Of a DNA stretch of 46,852 bases, positions 1 through 9,042 are shown piece after piece (position 1 is the stretch's first letter; each line of letters starts with the position of its first letter). Position numbers and translations under genes: made by a program. A model generated the notes under the pieces. The model searched no databases. It worked only from the letters and a program-made list of their open reading frames with translations, and was not told the origin of the DNA. Location of the stretch: positions 1-46,852 of IMG/VR virus record IMGVR_UViG_3300019124_000012. One strand, 5' to 3'. Origin of the DNA: a virus.

Positions 1-127
1 ATCCCCAAGCGGGGACTGAAGGAAGCCACATGCCGCAAGTACGGCTATCAGGTCGCCAAGGACCGCCATATCGCGCCCTACCGTGGCGCAAACGGCCAGA
101 TCATCGCTCAGAAGATCCGCAAGGCCG
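1..127. repeat. Terminal overlap of the contig, identical to 46726..46852 (circular closure)
   Basis: Bases 1-127 (atccccaagcgggg...gcaaggccg) match the last 127 bases of the window exactly. The repeat lies inside one continuous reading frame. Confidence 0.95.
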
Positions 128-1446
128 GTAAGGATTTCTCAGTGGAGCCTGCGGGGGTCAAAGACCTACCGCTCTACGGACAGCACCTCTGGAACGGAGG
201 CAAGTCCGTGGTGATCACGGAGGGCGAGATTGATGCCCTGTCCGTGGCCCAGGCCTTCGATCTCAAATGGGCAGTCGTGAGCCTCCCCAATGGGGCAGGA
301 AGCGCCGTCAAGGCTCTCAAGAAAGCCTATGATTGGCTCGACCAGTTCGAGAATATCGTGCTGTGCTTCGACGCTGACGAGCAGGGAGAGAAGGCCGTTC
401 AGGAGGGTGCCCCTATCCTCCCCATTGGCAAGGTCAAAGTGATGACCATGCCGATGTCCAAGGATGGCAAGAGACGGCTCAAGGACGCCAATGAGGTGCT
501 TCTGGAGCTTGGACCCCAGGCCATCGTCAAAGCCTTCTGGGACGCCAAGGAATGGCGACCGGATGGCGTCGTGTCGATCAGAGACATCCGCGAGAGGGCC
601 AAGAAGCCGGTCGAATGGGGCCTGCCTTGGGCCTGGGATGCTCTGACCAAGGGCACCTATGGTCGCCGCTGGGGCGAGGTCTATACGTTCGGTGCGGGTA
701 CCGGTGTAGGCAAGACGGACCTCCTGACCCAGCAGATCGAGTTCGACGTGAACACCCTCAATGAGGAGGTTGGCGTCTTCTTCCTTGAGCAACCTATCGA
801 TGAGACGGTTCGCCGGATCGCCGGTAAGTTCGATGGGAAGGCCTACCACATCCCTGAGAACACCGATTGGACCCAGGAGGAGTACGAGAGGGCCGTTGAC
901 CGGCTCTGCGACGACAACCGGGTTCATCTCTACGACCACTTCGGTCAGAGCGATTGGGAGGTCATCAAGACCCGCATTCGCTACATGAACCGCGTCAAGG
1001 GAATCCGCATCTTCTATGTGGACAACCTGACAGCTCTTGCGGACCCGTCGAGGGAACGCGAGTCCCTTGAGATCATGACGAGGGAGATCGCTGGCCTCGC
1101 CCAGGAGCTGATGATCATCATTCACCTCGTAAGCCACCTCGCGACCCCTGAAGGAGGCAAGTCGCATGAGGAAGGTGCGGAGGTTGCGCTAAGGCACTTC
1201 AAGGGTGCCCGTGCCATTGGCTTCTGGACGCACTTTGCGTTCGGCCTGGAGCGCAACAAGAAAGACGAAGACCCCATCAAGAAGAACACGATGAAAGTTG
1301 TGTGCCTGAAGGATCGCAAGACCGGAAGGTTTGATGGCGGCTACTTCTACCTCCACTACGATCACAGAACTTGTCGTCTAAACGAAATCGATCCCAAGGC
1401 CTTCTTCGCAGATCTTGAGGATGACGGTTCCGGCTTAGACATTTGA
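1..1446 (+). CDS. DNA primase/helicase (T7 gp4-like), C-terminal 481 codons; N-terminal part is at 46531..46852
   Basis: Frame 1 is open from base 1 and in frame with the ORF starting at 46531. TOPRIM motif VVITEGEIDALS, Walker A GAGTGVGKT, and FYVDNL Walker-B-like segment. Confidence 0.9.
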   Translation: MPKRGLKEATCRKYGYQVAKDRHIAPYRGANGQIIAQKIRKAGKDFSVEPAGVKDLPLYGQHLWNGGKSVVITEGEIDALSVAQAFDLKWAVVSLPNGAGSAVKALKKAYDWLDQFENIVLCFDADEQGEKAVQEGAPILPIGKVKVMTMPMSKDGKRRLKDANEVLLELGPQAIVKAFWDAKEWRPDGVVSIRDIRERAKKPVEWGLPWAWDALTKGTYGRRWGEVYTFGAGTGVGKTDLLTQQIEFDVNTLNEEVGVFFLEQPIDETVRRIAGKFDGKAYHIPENTDWTQEEYERAVDRLCDDNRVHLYDHFGQSDWEVIKTRIRYMNRVKGIRIFYVDNLTALADPSRERESLEIMTREIAGLAQELMIIIHLVSHLATPEGGKSHEEGAEVALRHFKGARAIGFWTHFAFGLERNKKDEDPIKKNTMKVVCLKDRKTGRFDGGYFYLHYDHRTCRLNEIDPKAFFADLEDDGSGLDI

Positions 1447-1447
1447 C

Positions 1448-1465
1448 CTGAGACAACGTAATTAC
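1448..1465 (+). promoter_or_regulatory. Conserved intergenic cassette ctgAGACAACGTAATTAC (candidate phage RNAP promoter)
   Basis: Fills the 20-nt gap between the primase-helicase stop and the next ATG. The core ACAACGTAATTAC is identical to the copies at 35855 and 44638. Confidence 0.45.
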
Positions 1466-1466
1466 G

Positions 1467-1658
1467 ATGGATGATGATTTCTTCTGGCCCCACCAAGGGC
1501 CGCTCATGACCACCATCGATGTGCATGGGTACCGACTTCAGCAGCCCATCGGCTTCCTAGCCAAGCACGTCGAACCACCACCCCCGAAACCCAAACGGAC
1601 GACGAAGAAGCAGGCCTCCACCAAGGCCAGCTCTCGCACGTCCAAACGCAACGTATGA
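1467..1658 (+). CDS. Hypothetical small basic-tailed protein (63 aa)
   Basis: ORF in gene-dense plus-strand arm. ATG lies 1 nt after the conserved cassette, with no Shine-Dalgarno. Confidence 0.35.
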   Translation: MDDDFFWPHQGPLMTTIDVHGYRLQQPIGFLAKHVEPPPPKPKRTTKKQASTKASSRTSKRNV

Positions 1659-1667
1659 GGCATTGGA

Positions 1668-2051
1668 ATGCAGAAGGTGTATTTCGGTGAGTTCTCCGAT
1701 TGGACCGACGTGTCTGAGAGCTTCTCGCACATCGATTGGTCCTTCGATGGGACTTACGAACAGCGCCTTGAGAGGGCGAAGAGAGCCATCCCTCAGCCGG
1801 ATGAGGTGATCTTCGCTGGTTACGATGTCCCAGGCTACGAGGGCTATGCCCGTGTGGTCTATCGCAATGGTGATCGCTACTTCCAAGTCACCGGCTCCCA
1901 TTGCTCCTGCTATGGCCTTGAGGGTCAGTGGGAGCCTGAGGAGTACGACCTCGACACCCTGATCGCTGCCGTCGAGCAGGAGCGGGTCTATGGCAAGGTC
2001 GAGGAGGAGTGGAAGGCCGCGATCCTCCAGAACCTCAGGAGCAGCCGGTGA
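1668..2051 (+). CDS. Hypothetical protein (127 aa)
   Basis: ORF co-oriented with neighbours. Its stop overlaps the GTG start of the polymerase (GTGA). Confidence 0.5.
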   Translation: MQKVYFGEFSDWTDVSESFSHIDWSFDGTYEQRLERAKRAIPQPDEVIFAGYDVPGYEGYARVVYRNGDRYFQVTGSHCSCYGLEGQWEPEEYDLDTLIAAVEQERVYGKVEEEWKAAILQNLRSSR

Positions 2052-3838
2052 GGCTCTTCTGGGACATCGAAACCGATGGCCTTCTCGATACGGTATCTAA
2101 GGTTTGGTGCGTGGTCGCAATCGACCTCGACACCCGCAAGGAATACGTCTGGAACTGCAATGGGCTGAACGGCGGGATCGAGGCAGCAATCGAGTTTCTC
2201 TCGAAAGCTGACCTCCTCGTCGCCCACAACGGTCACCGCTACGACATCCACGCGCTCCGCAAGCTGTTCGGGTGGAAGCCTCGCCTGGAGACACAGCTTC
2301 AGGACACTATGGTCCTCGCTCGCCTTCGGTTCCCCAACCAATCGAAGGAAGACAAGGAGCTGGTCAGGAAGGGCAGACTTCCATCCAAGCTGTCGGGCAG
2401 CGACTCCCTGAAGGCCTGGGGTTACCGCATCGGAGAACACAAGGCCGAATATGATGGTGGCTGGAACGCATGGTCCCAAGAGATGGAGGACTACTGCGTT
2501 CAGGACTGCCGCACAGGCGTTGCCCTGTGGTGGCATATCAATCCTGACGATATGTCCCAAGCCGCCATCGAGCTTGAACACCAGCTCGCCTTCATCGCCT
2601 TCGAGATGGAGACGGCAGGCTGGTATCTGGACGAGAAGGCAGCTCACGAACTCTATACGGAGCTTGTGGGCCGCAGGCATGAGCTGGAGAAGCAGCTCGT
2701 CGCCAAATTCGGTTCCTGGCAAGAGGTAGACAAGGTCTTCGTCCCCAAGCGGGACAACGCGAAACTCGGTTACAAGAAGGGTGTCGCGGTCACCAAATAC
2801 AAGACCGTCACCTTCAACCCAGGAAGCCGCCGCCACATCGAGAAGAAGCTGAGGGAGATGGGATGGACCCCTGTGGTCTTCACCCCGTCAGGTGCAGCCA
2901 AACTCGATGAAGAAATCCTTGAGAACATCGACATCCCTGAAGCGAAGTTGATCATTGAGTATCTTCTGGTTCAGAAGAGACTTGGGCAGCTCGCAGACGG
3001 TGAAAACGGGCTCCTGAAGCAAGTCCGCAATGGTAAGATCCATTGTTGGTACAAGACTCTTGGGACGAATACAGGACGTTGCGCCCATGCACGGCCAAAC
3101 GTCGCTCAAACGCCTAAGAACAAGGCTCCTTACGGTAAGCAATTCCGCGCTCTCTATACCGTGCCTCCTGGCTGGTCCCTGGTGGGTGCAGACTTTGAAG
3201 GCCTGGAGCTTAGGTGCCTCGCGCATTGCCTCTCGTTCTACGACAACGGGGCATACTCCAAGATCGTGACGGACGGTGACGTTCACCAGTACCATGCAGA
3301 CATGCTTGGTGGGGTGGACCGGGACACGGTTGCCAAGCGCTACATCTATGCCTGGCTCTATGGTGCCCAGCCCCCGCTCCTCTCCACGATCCTCAAATGC
3401 ACGGTGGCTCAGGCCAAGAGGACCGGTGAGAACTTCCTCAAGCGGGTTCCTGGCCTCGATAAGCTCAAGGACAAGGTCAACAAGGGTGCCCGTAAGGGCT
3501 ACATCAAGGGCCTCGATGGGCGGCACATTCCGATCCGCAGCTCGCACTCGGCTTTCAATGCTCTTCTTCAGAGCTACGGAGCTGTCTTGTGCAAGCGCTG
3601 GCTGGTCGATTCCTACTTCGCCCTCCTGAACGCTGGGCTCCGTTGGGGCTACGACGGCGACTTTGTGATCGTAGGCTGGATTCACGACGAACTTCAGATC
3701 GCCTGCCGTGAAGGCTTGGAGGCGACTGTGGGTGAGATCGTGGTCGAGTGCGCTCGCAGAGCAGGAGATCGTTACGGCTTCCGCTGCCGTCTGGATAGCA
3801 AATGGATTCCAGGGAAATCATGGAAGGACACACACTAA
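2048..3838 (+). CDS. Family A DNA polymerase with 3'-5' exonuclease domain (T7 gp5-like)
   Basis: Exo I motif FWDIETDGL. Pol motif A GADFEGLELR, motif B RDTVAKRYIYAWLYG, motif C GWIHDELQ. GTG start at 2048 is preceded by AGGAG; the 2009 start in the ORF track lies inside the upstream gene. Confidence 0.9.
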   Translation: MRLFWDIETDGLLDTVSKVWCVVAIDLDTRKEYVWNCNGLNGGIEAAIEFLSKADLLVAHNGHRYDIHALRKLFGWKPRLETQLQDTMVLARLRFPNQSKEDKELVRKGRLPSKLSGSDSLKAWGYRIGEHKAEYDGGWNAWSQEMEDYCVQDCRTGVALWWHINPDDMSQAAIELEHQLAFIAFEMETAGWYLDEKAAHELYTELVGRRHELEKQLVAKFGSWQEVDKVFVPKRDNAKLGYKKGVAVTKYKTVTFNPGSRRHIEKKLREMGWTPVVFTPSGAAKLDEEILENIDIPEAKLIIEYLLVQKRLGQLADGENGLLKQVRNGKIHCWYKTLGTNTGRCAHARPNVAQTPKNKAPYGKQFRALYTVPPGWSLVGADFEGLELRCLAHCLSFYDNGAYSKIVTDGDVHQYHADMLGGVDRDTVAKRYIYAWLYGAQPPLLSTILKCTVAQAKRTGENFLKRVPGLDKLKDKVNKGARKGYIKGLDGRHIPIRSSHSAFNALLQSYGAVLCKRWLVDSYFALLNAGLRWGYDGDFVIVGWIHDELQIACREGLEATVGEIVVECARRAGDRYGFRCRLDSKWIPGKSWKDTH

Positions 3839-4089
3839 CCGCCATCGACCGCAAGCTCTGTGACGTGATCATCGAGGCCTACCGGCGCGGGTTCACGGTG
3901 CAGTCTGACTTTGCGCGGACGCATGCCGATTACGTTGCAATGGCAGCTTCACTCGGTCTGCTGTCCACCCGTCTCTACGGGAATGTCTTCAGCCGCGAAT
4001 GGCGACCCACGGTCAAGGGGCTCGCCTTCGTCAATCAAGCTCTCGACCTCGATTTGGAAAAGGAAGATCTGGACCCAGGCCATGATTAA
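3802..4089 (+). CDS. Hypothetical protein (95 aa; start could be the ATG at 3820)
   Basis: ORF overlaps the polymerase 3' end and runs into the ThyX start. No recognisable motif. Confidence 0.45.
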   Translation: MDSREIMEGHTLTAIDRKLCDVIIEAYRRGFTVQSDFARTHADYVAMAASLGLLSTRLYGNVFSREWRPTVKGLAFVNQALDLDLEKEDLDPGHD

Positions 4090-4921
4090 GGCTGTCTACG
4101 AAAACCACATGGGTGATGACCTCACCATCGTGAACGCTGCCCGTGTGAGCTTCGGGAAGCGTAGTCAATGGGTTGAAATCGAAGGCCCCGTGCAGACGGA
4201 GGTTGATTACGACTCCCGCTCGATCATCGAGTATCGTGAGAAGACCTACGTTCTCAAGGAGGCCGACAAGCGGCTGATCCACTTCCTGGCTCGCGGCTGC
4301 GAGTCCAAGGAATGGGACGCCCTGGTCGAGCAGATGTTCCGTGGCGTGGGTGTCTCTGACCGGTTCACTGAGAGCCGCGAGGAGGCTGAGGCCTTGGTGA
4401 AATACATCAAGGACCAGCCCACCCATTGGACACCCTTCGGGCACACCGCGATCACCCTGGTCGAGCAATGCCCGATCCCCATCGCTCGCCAGCGTTTCAA
4501 GCATGCGACCGGCACGGTCTACAATGAGATCAGCCGCCGCTATGTTGAGGACGGTATCGAGTTCTATTGGCCCGACGAGTGGCGCTCGAAAGCAGAGGAC
4601 AAGAAACAGGGCTCAGGTGATCCCCTGCCCGAAGAGGTTCAGGTGGAGATCGACCTTCTCTACGCGGAGACTGTCGGGCTCGCCTTGGAGAACCACGAGA
4701 AGGCCCTGAAGCTCGGTCTTTGCCCAGAGCAGGCTCGTTTCTTCATCCCTCAGGGAATGATGACTCAGTATTGGGTGACAGGGAACCTGTACTGCTTCGC
4801 CCAGGCCTACAAGAAGCGCATCCGTCCTGACGCGCAATATGAGATCCGCCTCCTGGCTCAGGATTGGGACCGGATCATTCGCCCCCTCTTCCCTCAAGCA
4901 TGGTCAGCCTTGGTGGACTGA
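4082..4921 (+). CDS. thyX: ThyX-like flavin-dependent thymidylate synthase family protein (279 aa)
   Basis: Segment ARQRFKHATGTVYNEISRRY aligns to the ThyX signature region (RQxFRHRxxSxNExSxRY), but the RHR triplet reads KHA. The internal ATG at 4082 was chosen because the 5' extension of the track ORF overlaps the previous gene. Confidence 0.65.
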   Translation: MIKAVYENHMGDDLTIVNAARVSFGKRSQWVEIEGPVQTEVDYDSRSIIEYREKTYVLKEADKRLIHFLARGCESKEWDALVEQMFRGVGVSDRFTESREEAEALVKYIKDQPTHWTPFGHTAITLVEQCPIPIARQRFKHATGTVYNEISRRYVEDGIEFYWPDEWRSKAEDKKQGSGDPLPEEVQVEIDLLYAETVGLALENHEKALKLGLCPEQARFFIPQGMMTQYWVTGNLYCFAQAYKKRIRPDAQYEIRLLAQDWDRIIRPLFPQAWSALVD

Positions 4922-5028
4922 TGGACAAGCCAATCCGCATCTGGTTCGCGGCCTGGATCTGTTTCCATCAGTTCTGGGCCGATGCCCTCACCACTCTTGC
5001 GTCTGAACACATGCCACCTACGGACTAA
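4921..5028 (+). CDS. Possible 35-aa peptide (MDKPIRIWFAAWICFHQFW...)
   Basis: ATG overlaps the ThyX stop (TGATG). Short and unsupported otherwise. Confidence 0.25.
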   Translation: MDKPIRIWFAAWICFHQFWADALTTLASEHMPPTD

Positions 5029-5039
5029 AGGAAATTCCC

Positions 5040-5243
5040 ATGTTCTTCAGCAATTACGCATCGATCACCAAAGGCCTGACCAAGATGGTCGCTCGCCTGG
5101 AGAAGCTCGCGGAGAAGCGCGTCGAGCAGGCTCGCAAGCAGGAGGAAGCAGCTCAGAGGGCTTTCCTTCGCGCCAATGAGGCTCGCGATGAGGCCGATAA
5201 GGCTCGCGCCACGGCTCGCAAGGTCGGGGAGCTGCTCGCGTGA
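5040..5243 (+). CDS. Hypothetical coiled-coil protein (67 aa)
   Basis: ORF preceded by aaaggaaattcccATG. Charged, heptad-like sequence. Confidence 0.5.
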   Translation: MFFSNYASITKGLTKMVARLEKLAEKRVEQARKQEEAAQRAFLRANEARDEADKARATARKVGELLA

Positions 5244-5341
5244 ATGCAGCAGCCGCCCTCCTCCTCTTCCTGATCATCGCGCCGGTCGTAGGCATCCTGT
5301 GGGTGCTGCTGATCGCGCTCATCAACGATGTGACCAAATGA
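5240..5341 (+). CDS. Possible 33-aa single-pass membrane peptide
   Basis: GTG overlaps the previous stop (GTGA) and its stop overlaps the glutaredoxin ATG (ATGA). Sequence NAAAALLLFLIIAPVVGILWVLLIALI is hydrophobic. Confidence 0.35.
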   Translation: MNAAAALLLFLIIAPVVGILWVLLIALINDVTK

Positions 5342-5601
5342 CGGACACCGCATTCGATAAGACCGGATGGGTGGTTCTTAAGCAGCCTCGGTGTCGTTAC
5401 TGCACCATTGCCATCGATCTTCTCGACAAGGCCGGTGCTGAGGTAACGATCCTCGATGTCTCGACCAATGAGGGACTGAAGACCTTCCTGAAGGCCTCAG
5501 GCCTCACCACGGTCCCTCAGGTCTTCCAGCACGGTCACCTGATCGGAGGCTCGGACGACCTGACCACCTATCTTCTGTCTCTGGGGGTGATCGATCCATG
5601 A
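5338..5601 (+). CDS. Glutaredoxin (87 aa)
   Basis: CxxC active site (CRYC), TVPQVF and GGSDD motifs typical of glutaredoxins. Confidence 0.8.
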   Translation: MTDTAFDKTGWVVLKQPRCRYCTIAIDLLDKAGAEVTILDVSTNEGLKTFLKASGLTTVPQVFQHGHLIGGSDDLTTYLLSLGVIDP

Positions 5602-5822
5602 TCCTCGCCCTCGCCCTGCACATCTACGCGCTCCTCCTGGCTGACGACATCAAACAGGAGATCGAGCGCACGGCCCCTCAGGCAGGCTCGGCGCTCTACT
5701 GCGCTGATTGGGAGAACCCCTTTCCTGGGTGGCACTTCGATCCTGAGCGCGACCGGTTTGCGATGGTCCCCCTACCCAGGTTCGCGCCTTGTGATGAGGT
5801 GAAGCATGAAGGGGAAGCGTAA
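5598..5822 (+). CDS. Hypothetical protein (74 aa)
   Basis: ATGA-coupled to the glutaredoxin stop. Hydrophobic N-terminus. Confidence 0.45.
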   Translation: MILALALHIYALLLADDIKQEIERTAPQAGSALYCADWENPFPGWHFDPERDRFAMVPLPRFAPCDEVKHEGEA

Positions 5823-6591
5823 GCCGGTCCTGTTGGTGGATGGTGACGAGTTCCTCTTCAAAGCCACCACCGCAGTCGAACAAGAGGTCCGCTGGGACGA
5901 GGACCACCACGTCCTCTACTCCAGCTTCTCTGAGGCCTGGAAGAACTTCCAAAGCCTGATCTCCGACATTCAGGAGAGGCTTGAGGTCGAGGAGATGCGT
6001 ATCGCCTTCACGAAGGGCGAGAGCTTCCGCAAGGGGATCTTCCCTGACTACAAGGGCAACCGGACGAACACCCGTAAGCCCCTGTGTTACTGGAGGGTCC
6101 GCGAGGCCGCTGAGGAGAAGTACACCACCTACTCCTACGAGGGCCTGGAGGCAGACGACATCCTCGGTATCTGGGCGACCAGAGGCGGGAACATCGATCC
6201 CATCATCGTCAGCCAGGACAAAGACCTCAAGACGATCCCCGGCAAGCTCTATCAGAAGGGCGAGCTGCGGACGATCACACCAGCTCAGGCCGACTATCAC
6301 TGGCTCTATCAAACGCTCACGGGCGATCAGGTGGATGGTTTCCCTGGTTGCCCTGGCATCGGTCCTAAGACGGCAGAGAAGATCCTTACGAAGGCCACGG
6401 AGCAGAACACCGTGAGCCCTGAGGAGCTTCTCCTGATCCGCTGGGACTTGGTCCTCAACGCATACGAGAAGGCCGGTCTGTCCGCTGAGGATGCCCTCCA
6501 GCAGGCCCGTCTCGCTCGCATTCTCCGCTCAACAGATTGGAACGCAGACAAGAAGGAGGTGATCCTTTGGACTCCAGACCCGAAGGCATGA
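5806..6591 (+). CDS. 5'-3' exonuclease / flap endonuclease (261 aa)
   Basis: PIN-like N-terminus LLVDGDEFLFK, then PDYKGNR, EADD, SQDKDL and H3TH-like GFPGCPGIGPKTA. Confidence 0.8.
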   Translation: MKGKRKPVLLVDGDEFLFKATTAVEQEVRWDEDHHVLYSSFSEAWKNFQSLISDIQERLEVEEMRIAFTKGESFRKGIFPDYKGNRTNTRKPLCYWRVREAAEEKYTTYSYEGLEADDILGIWATRGGNIDPIIVSQDKDLKTIPGKLYQKGELRTITPAQADYHWLYQTLTGDQVDGFPGCPGIGPKTAEKILTKATEQNTVSPEELLLIRWDLVLNAYEKAGLSAEDALQQARLARILRSTDWNADKKEVILWTPDPKA

Positions 6592-7151
6592 TTGGTCGCG
6601 TCTGGTGCGGCGTATGTGGCACCTACGCGGTCGAGGGGCAGAAGTTGCCCTGTGAGAATACTCAGGGTGGCTTCAACCCGACTTCGTGCGGGGCTATTGG
6701 CCGTCCCTTCGCGGACATCGAGTGGATCTCCCCTGAGGAGGTCGAGAACTCCCAGGAGGTCGCTGATGCGGCCCTGGAGGCTGTCCGTGAGGTCATGGAG
6801 GGCGGTCATGGGACGATCACGCCCCTCGACACGCCTTTCATGCGAGCCCTGAGGGATCAGACGGTCCCCAGCAACCTCGTTTCGGAGGCCTTGCAGACCC
6901 AACAGGAGATCGTGGCGGCGGCTGCCGAATTGGCGACCGCTCGCGACTCCCAGGTGGGCGGTAGTCACTACAAGACCCTGAAGATCCAACCCTTTGAGTA
7001 CAGCCTCGCGAATGGCCTCGATGCCTGCCAGCACACCGCTGTCAAGTACGTGACCCGCTGGAAGGAAAAGGGAGGCATCAAGGACATCGATAAGGCGATC
7101 CACACCCTCCAGTTCTACAAGGAGTGGGCTATCGCCAATGGCTACTCGTAA
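6588..7151 (+). CDS. DUF3310-type protein with Cys-rich N-terminus (187 aa)
   Basis: C-terminal GGSHYKTLKIQPFEY...KYVTRWKEKGGIKDIDKAIH resembles the DUF3310 signature. ATGA-coupled to the exonuclease stop. Confidence 0.55.
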   Translation: MIGRVWCGVCGTYAVEGQKLPCENTQGGFNPTSCGAIGRPFADIEWISPEEVENSQEVADAALEAVREVMEGGHGTITPLDTPFMRALRDQTVPSNLVSEALQTQQEIVAAAAELATARDSQVGGSHYKTLKIQPFEYSLANGLDACQHTAVKYVTRWKEKGGIKDIDKAIHTLQFYKEWAIANGYS

Positions 7152-7389
7152 GCGGTCAACCAAGACCATCGTCCCAGACACTGTCTACGAGACGAGGGAT
7201 TCTTGGGGGATCGAGATCGAGGTCCATGACCGCCAGGACGCAACGCCTCCTGTGTATCTCAACTGGAGCGAGGGCGATAAGGCCCTCCTCCTCAACCAAG
7301 ACAGAGACGTGATCGAGCTGACCGTGGGGCAGGCCTATGACCTCCTCACGGCGCTCTCACGCGCCCTCGACATCCCTGTGAGAATCTAA
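7138..7389 (+). CDS. Hypothetical protein (83 aa)
   Basis: ORF in operon context. No motif recognised. Confidence 0.5.
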   Translation: MATRKRSTKTIVPDTVYETRDSWGIEIEVHDRQDATPPVYLNWSEGDKALLLNQDRDVIELTVGQAYDLLTALSRALDIPVRI

Positions 7390-7391
7390 GC

Positions 7392-8060
7392 ATGCCCAAG
7401 AGACGGGAGAAGTTCGCCCATGAGCGACCAGAACCCATCCAACCCCTCACGCAAAGGCAAGCAGACTACCTCGACGCCCTCCGCTCTTCAGAGCAAGTGG
7501 CCGTTCTTGGGCCAGCCGGTACCGGTAAGACTTATATCGCCGGAACACACGCGGCTGATGGTCTGCGAGCCCAGCGCTTTCGCAAAGTCGTTATCACCAG
7601 ACCCAACGTCCCTGGAGGGCGAAGCCTCGGATACTTCCCAGGCGACCTCATGGAGAAAATCGCTCCGTGGGTGGTCCCTCTCACTGACGTTATGGCTCAA
7701 CGAATGGGCCATGCGGCTTTCGATATTGCTCTCAAGAATGGTGTGATCGAGATCGTACCATTCGAGGTAATGCGTGGCCGCTCCTGGGATGACTCCCTGG
7801 TCATCTTGGACGAGGCCCAGAACACCACGATCCCTGAGATCAAGATGTTCCTGACCCGCATCGGTCAGAACTCCCAGGTGATCATGAATGGTGACGTGAA
7901 GCAGAGCGACCTCAAGGAGTCCTCAGGGCTCCGCAAGGTCATCCACATGATCAAGTCCCACAATCTGCCCATCCCGATCATCGAGTTCACGGTGGACGAC
8001 ATCGTGCGTTCTGGCGTGTGCGAGATGTGGGTTCGGGCCTTCGATCAAGAAGGTCTATGA
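7392..8060 (+). CDS. phoH: PhoH-like ATPase (222 aa)
   Basis: Walker A GPAGTGKT, Walker B ILDEAQN, and PhoH-like GDVKQSD. Confidence 0.85.
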   Translation: MPKRREKFAHERPEPIQPLTQRQADYLDALRSSEQVAVLGPAGTGKTYIAGTHAADGLRAQRFRKVVITRPNVPGGRSLGYFPGDLMEKIAPWVVPLTDVMAQRMGHAAFDIALKNGVIEIVPFEVMRGRSWDDSLVILDEAQNTTIPEIKMFLTRIGQNSQVIMNGDVKQSDLKESSGLRKVIHMIKSHNLPIPIIEFTVDDIVRSGVCEMWVRAFDQEGL

Positions 8061-8347
8061 AAAGCAACTCCACGAACACCCCACAGCCTCCTAAGGCTCC
8101 CCCAAAGAACTTCTCGCACTTCCACATCGAGCATGATGTAGGCCCCAACGCTTTTTACCCTGAGCTGTGCATCAACATCGATGATGAAGGTGACGTGATC
8201 GTCGCGTCTGAGGATGGAAGTCTCATGCTTTCCTATGCTCAGGCCCATGCTCTTCTTTTCAAACTCAGCCAAGAACTGATCGCCTACGACCGATCCTTTG
8301 GCTACCGCCCCCGCAACTCAATCAAGGAAGTTACCAATGAACGCTGA
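8057..8347 (+). CDS. Hypothetical protein (96 aa)
   Basis: ATGA-coupled to the PhoH stop. Confidence 0.5.
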   Translation: MKSNSTNTPQPPKAPPKNFSHFHIEHDVGPNAFYPELCINIDDEGDVIVASEDGSLMLSYAQAHALLFKLSQELIAYDRSFGYRPRNSIKEVTNER

Positions 8348-8825
8348 TGTCCGTGCCCTGATCGAAGCTCTCTCCGCTGCTGCTGGCCGTCCGGTTAGCC
8401 CGATGGATATGGTCCGCGAGTTCCGTGAGAAGTTCGACGCCTCCAAAGACCCTGAGCTGTGGATCAACCTGATCCGCGAGGAGCTGAACGAGTTCGATCA
8501 GGCCCTCCAGAACCTCCTGAAGGAGTACATCGACCTCCAGTATGTCCTCATGGGTGGCTTCCAAGTCACGACTGAGGTGGACGGTCCCGATCTGCCTGAG
8601 GATCTGTCTGCCCGTACCGATGTGGCGCACATGATCGCCCAGCTCCTGTTCCCGCCGCAGATCCTCAAGGAGGCCTTCAAGGAGGTCCACCGGTCGAACA
8701 TGAGCAAGCTCGGTGAGGACGGCAAGCCGATCAAGCGCGAGGACGGCAAGGTTCTCAAGGGTCCGAATTACTCCCCGGCTGATCTGTCGAACCTCGTCAG
8801 CACGAAGGCTGCGCTGGTCGAATGA
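8337..8825 (+). CDS. mazG: MazG-like nucleoside triphosphate pyrophosphohydrolase (162 aa)
   Basis: EELNEF...EYIDLQYV helix pair typical of the all-alpha MazG/HisE fold. Sits in a nucleotide-metabolism gene block. Confidence 0.65.
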   Translation: MNADVRALIEALSAAAGRPVSPMDMVREFREKFDASKDPELWINLIREELNEFDQALQNLLKEYIDLQYVLMGGFQVTTEVDGPDLPEDLSARTDVAHMIAQLLFPPQILKEAFKEVHRSNMSKLGEDGKPIKREDGKVLKGPNYSPADLSNLVSTKAALVE

Positions 8826-8875
8826 CCGTCGTGCTTCTCCTCATCCTCATCCTCTACCTCACACGGAGACGTTAA
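8822..8875 (+). CDS. Possible 17-aa hydrophobic peptide (MTVVLLLILILYLTRRR)
   Basis: ATGA-coupled to the MazG stop, and TAATG-coupled to the next ORF. Confidence 0.25.
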   Translation: MTVVLLLILILYLTRRR

Positions 8876-9027
8876 TGTTCACCTTCCTGTTTGGCGTGAG
8901 TGTTGCCCTCAATGTCTGCCTCGGTTTCATCGTGGCCCATCTGGTGGGCGAGATCGAGGACATCTCGGACATCCTTGAGGGTGACTTCAGCGATTGGTCT
9001 GAACGGCCAGAAGATCGCCTGCACTAA
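8875..9027 (+). CDS. Small membrane protein (50 aa)
   Basis: N-terminal TM MFTFLFGVSVALNVCLGFIVAHLV followed by an acidic tail. Translationally coupled. Confidence 0.4.
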   Translation: MFTFLFGVSVALNVCLGFIVAHLVGEIEDISDILEGDFSDWSERPEDRLH

Positions 9028-9042
9028 CACGGAGATCCGCAC

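Noticed and set aside
2009-2047. Longer N-terminal extensions offered by the ORF track (DNAP from 2009, ThyX from 3911, glutaredoxin from 5176, terS candidate from 24984, RNAP from 40256, integrase from 38085).
   Set aside because: The extensions overlap the preceding gene or start at TTG without an RBS. Internal ATG/GTG starts with a Shine-Dalgarno or stop-start coupling fit the compact operon structure better.
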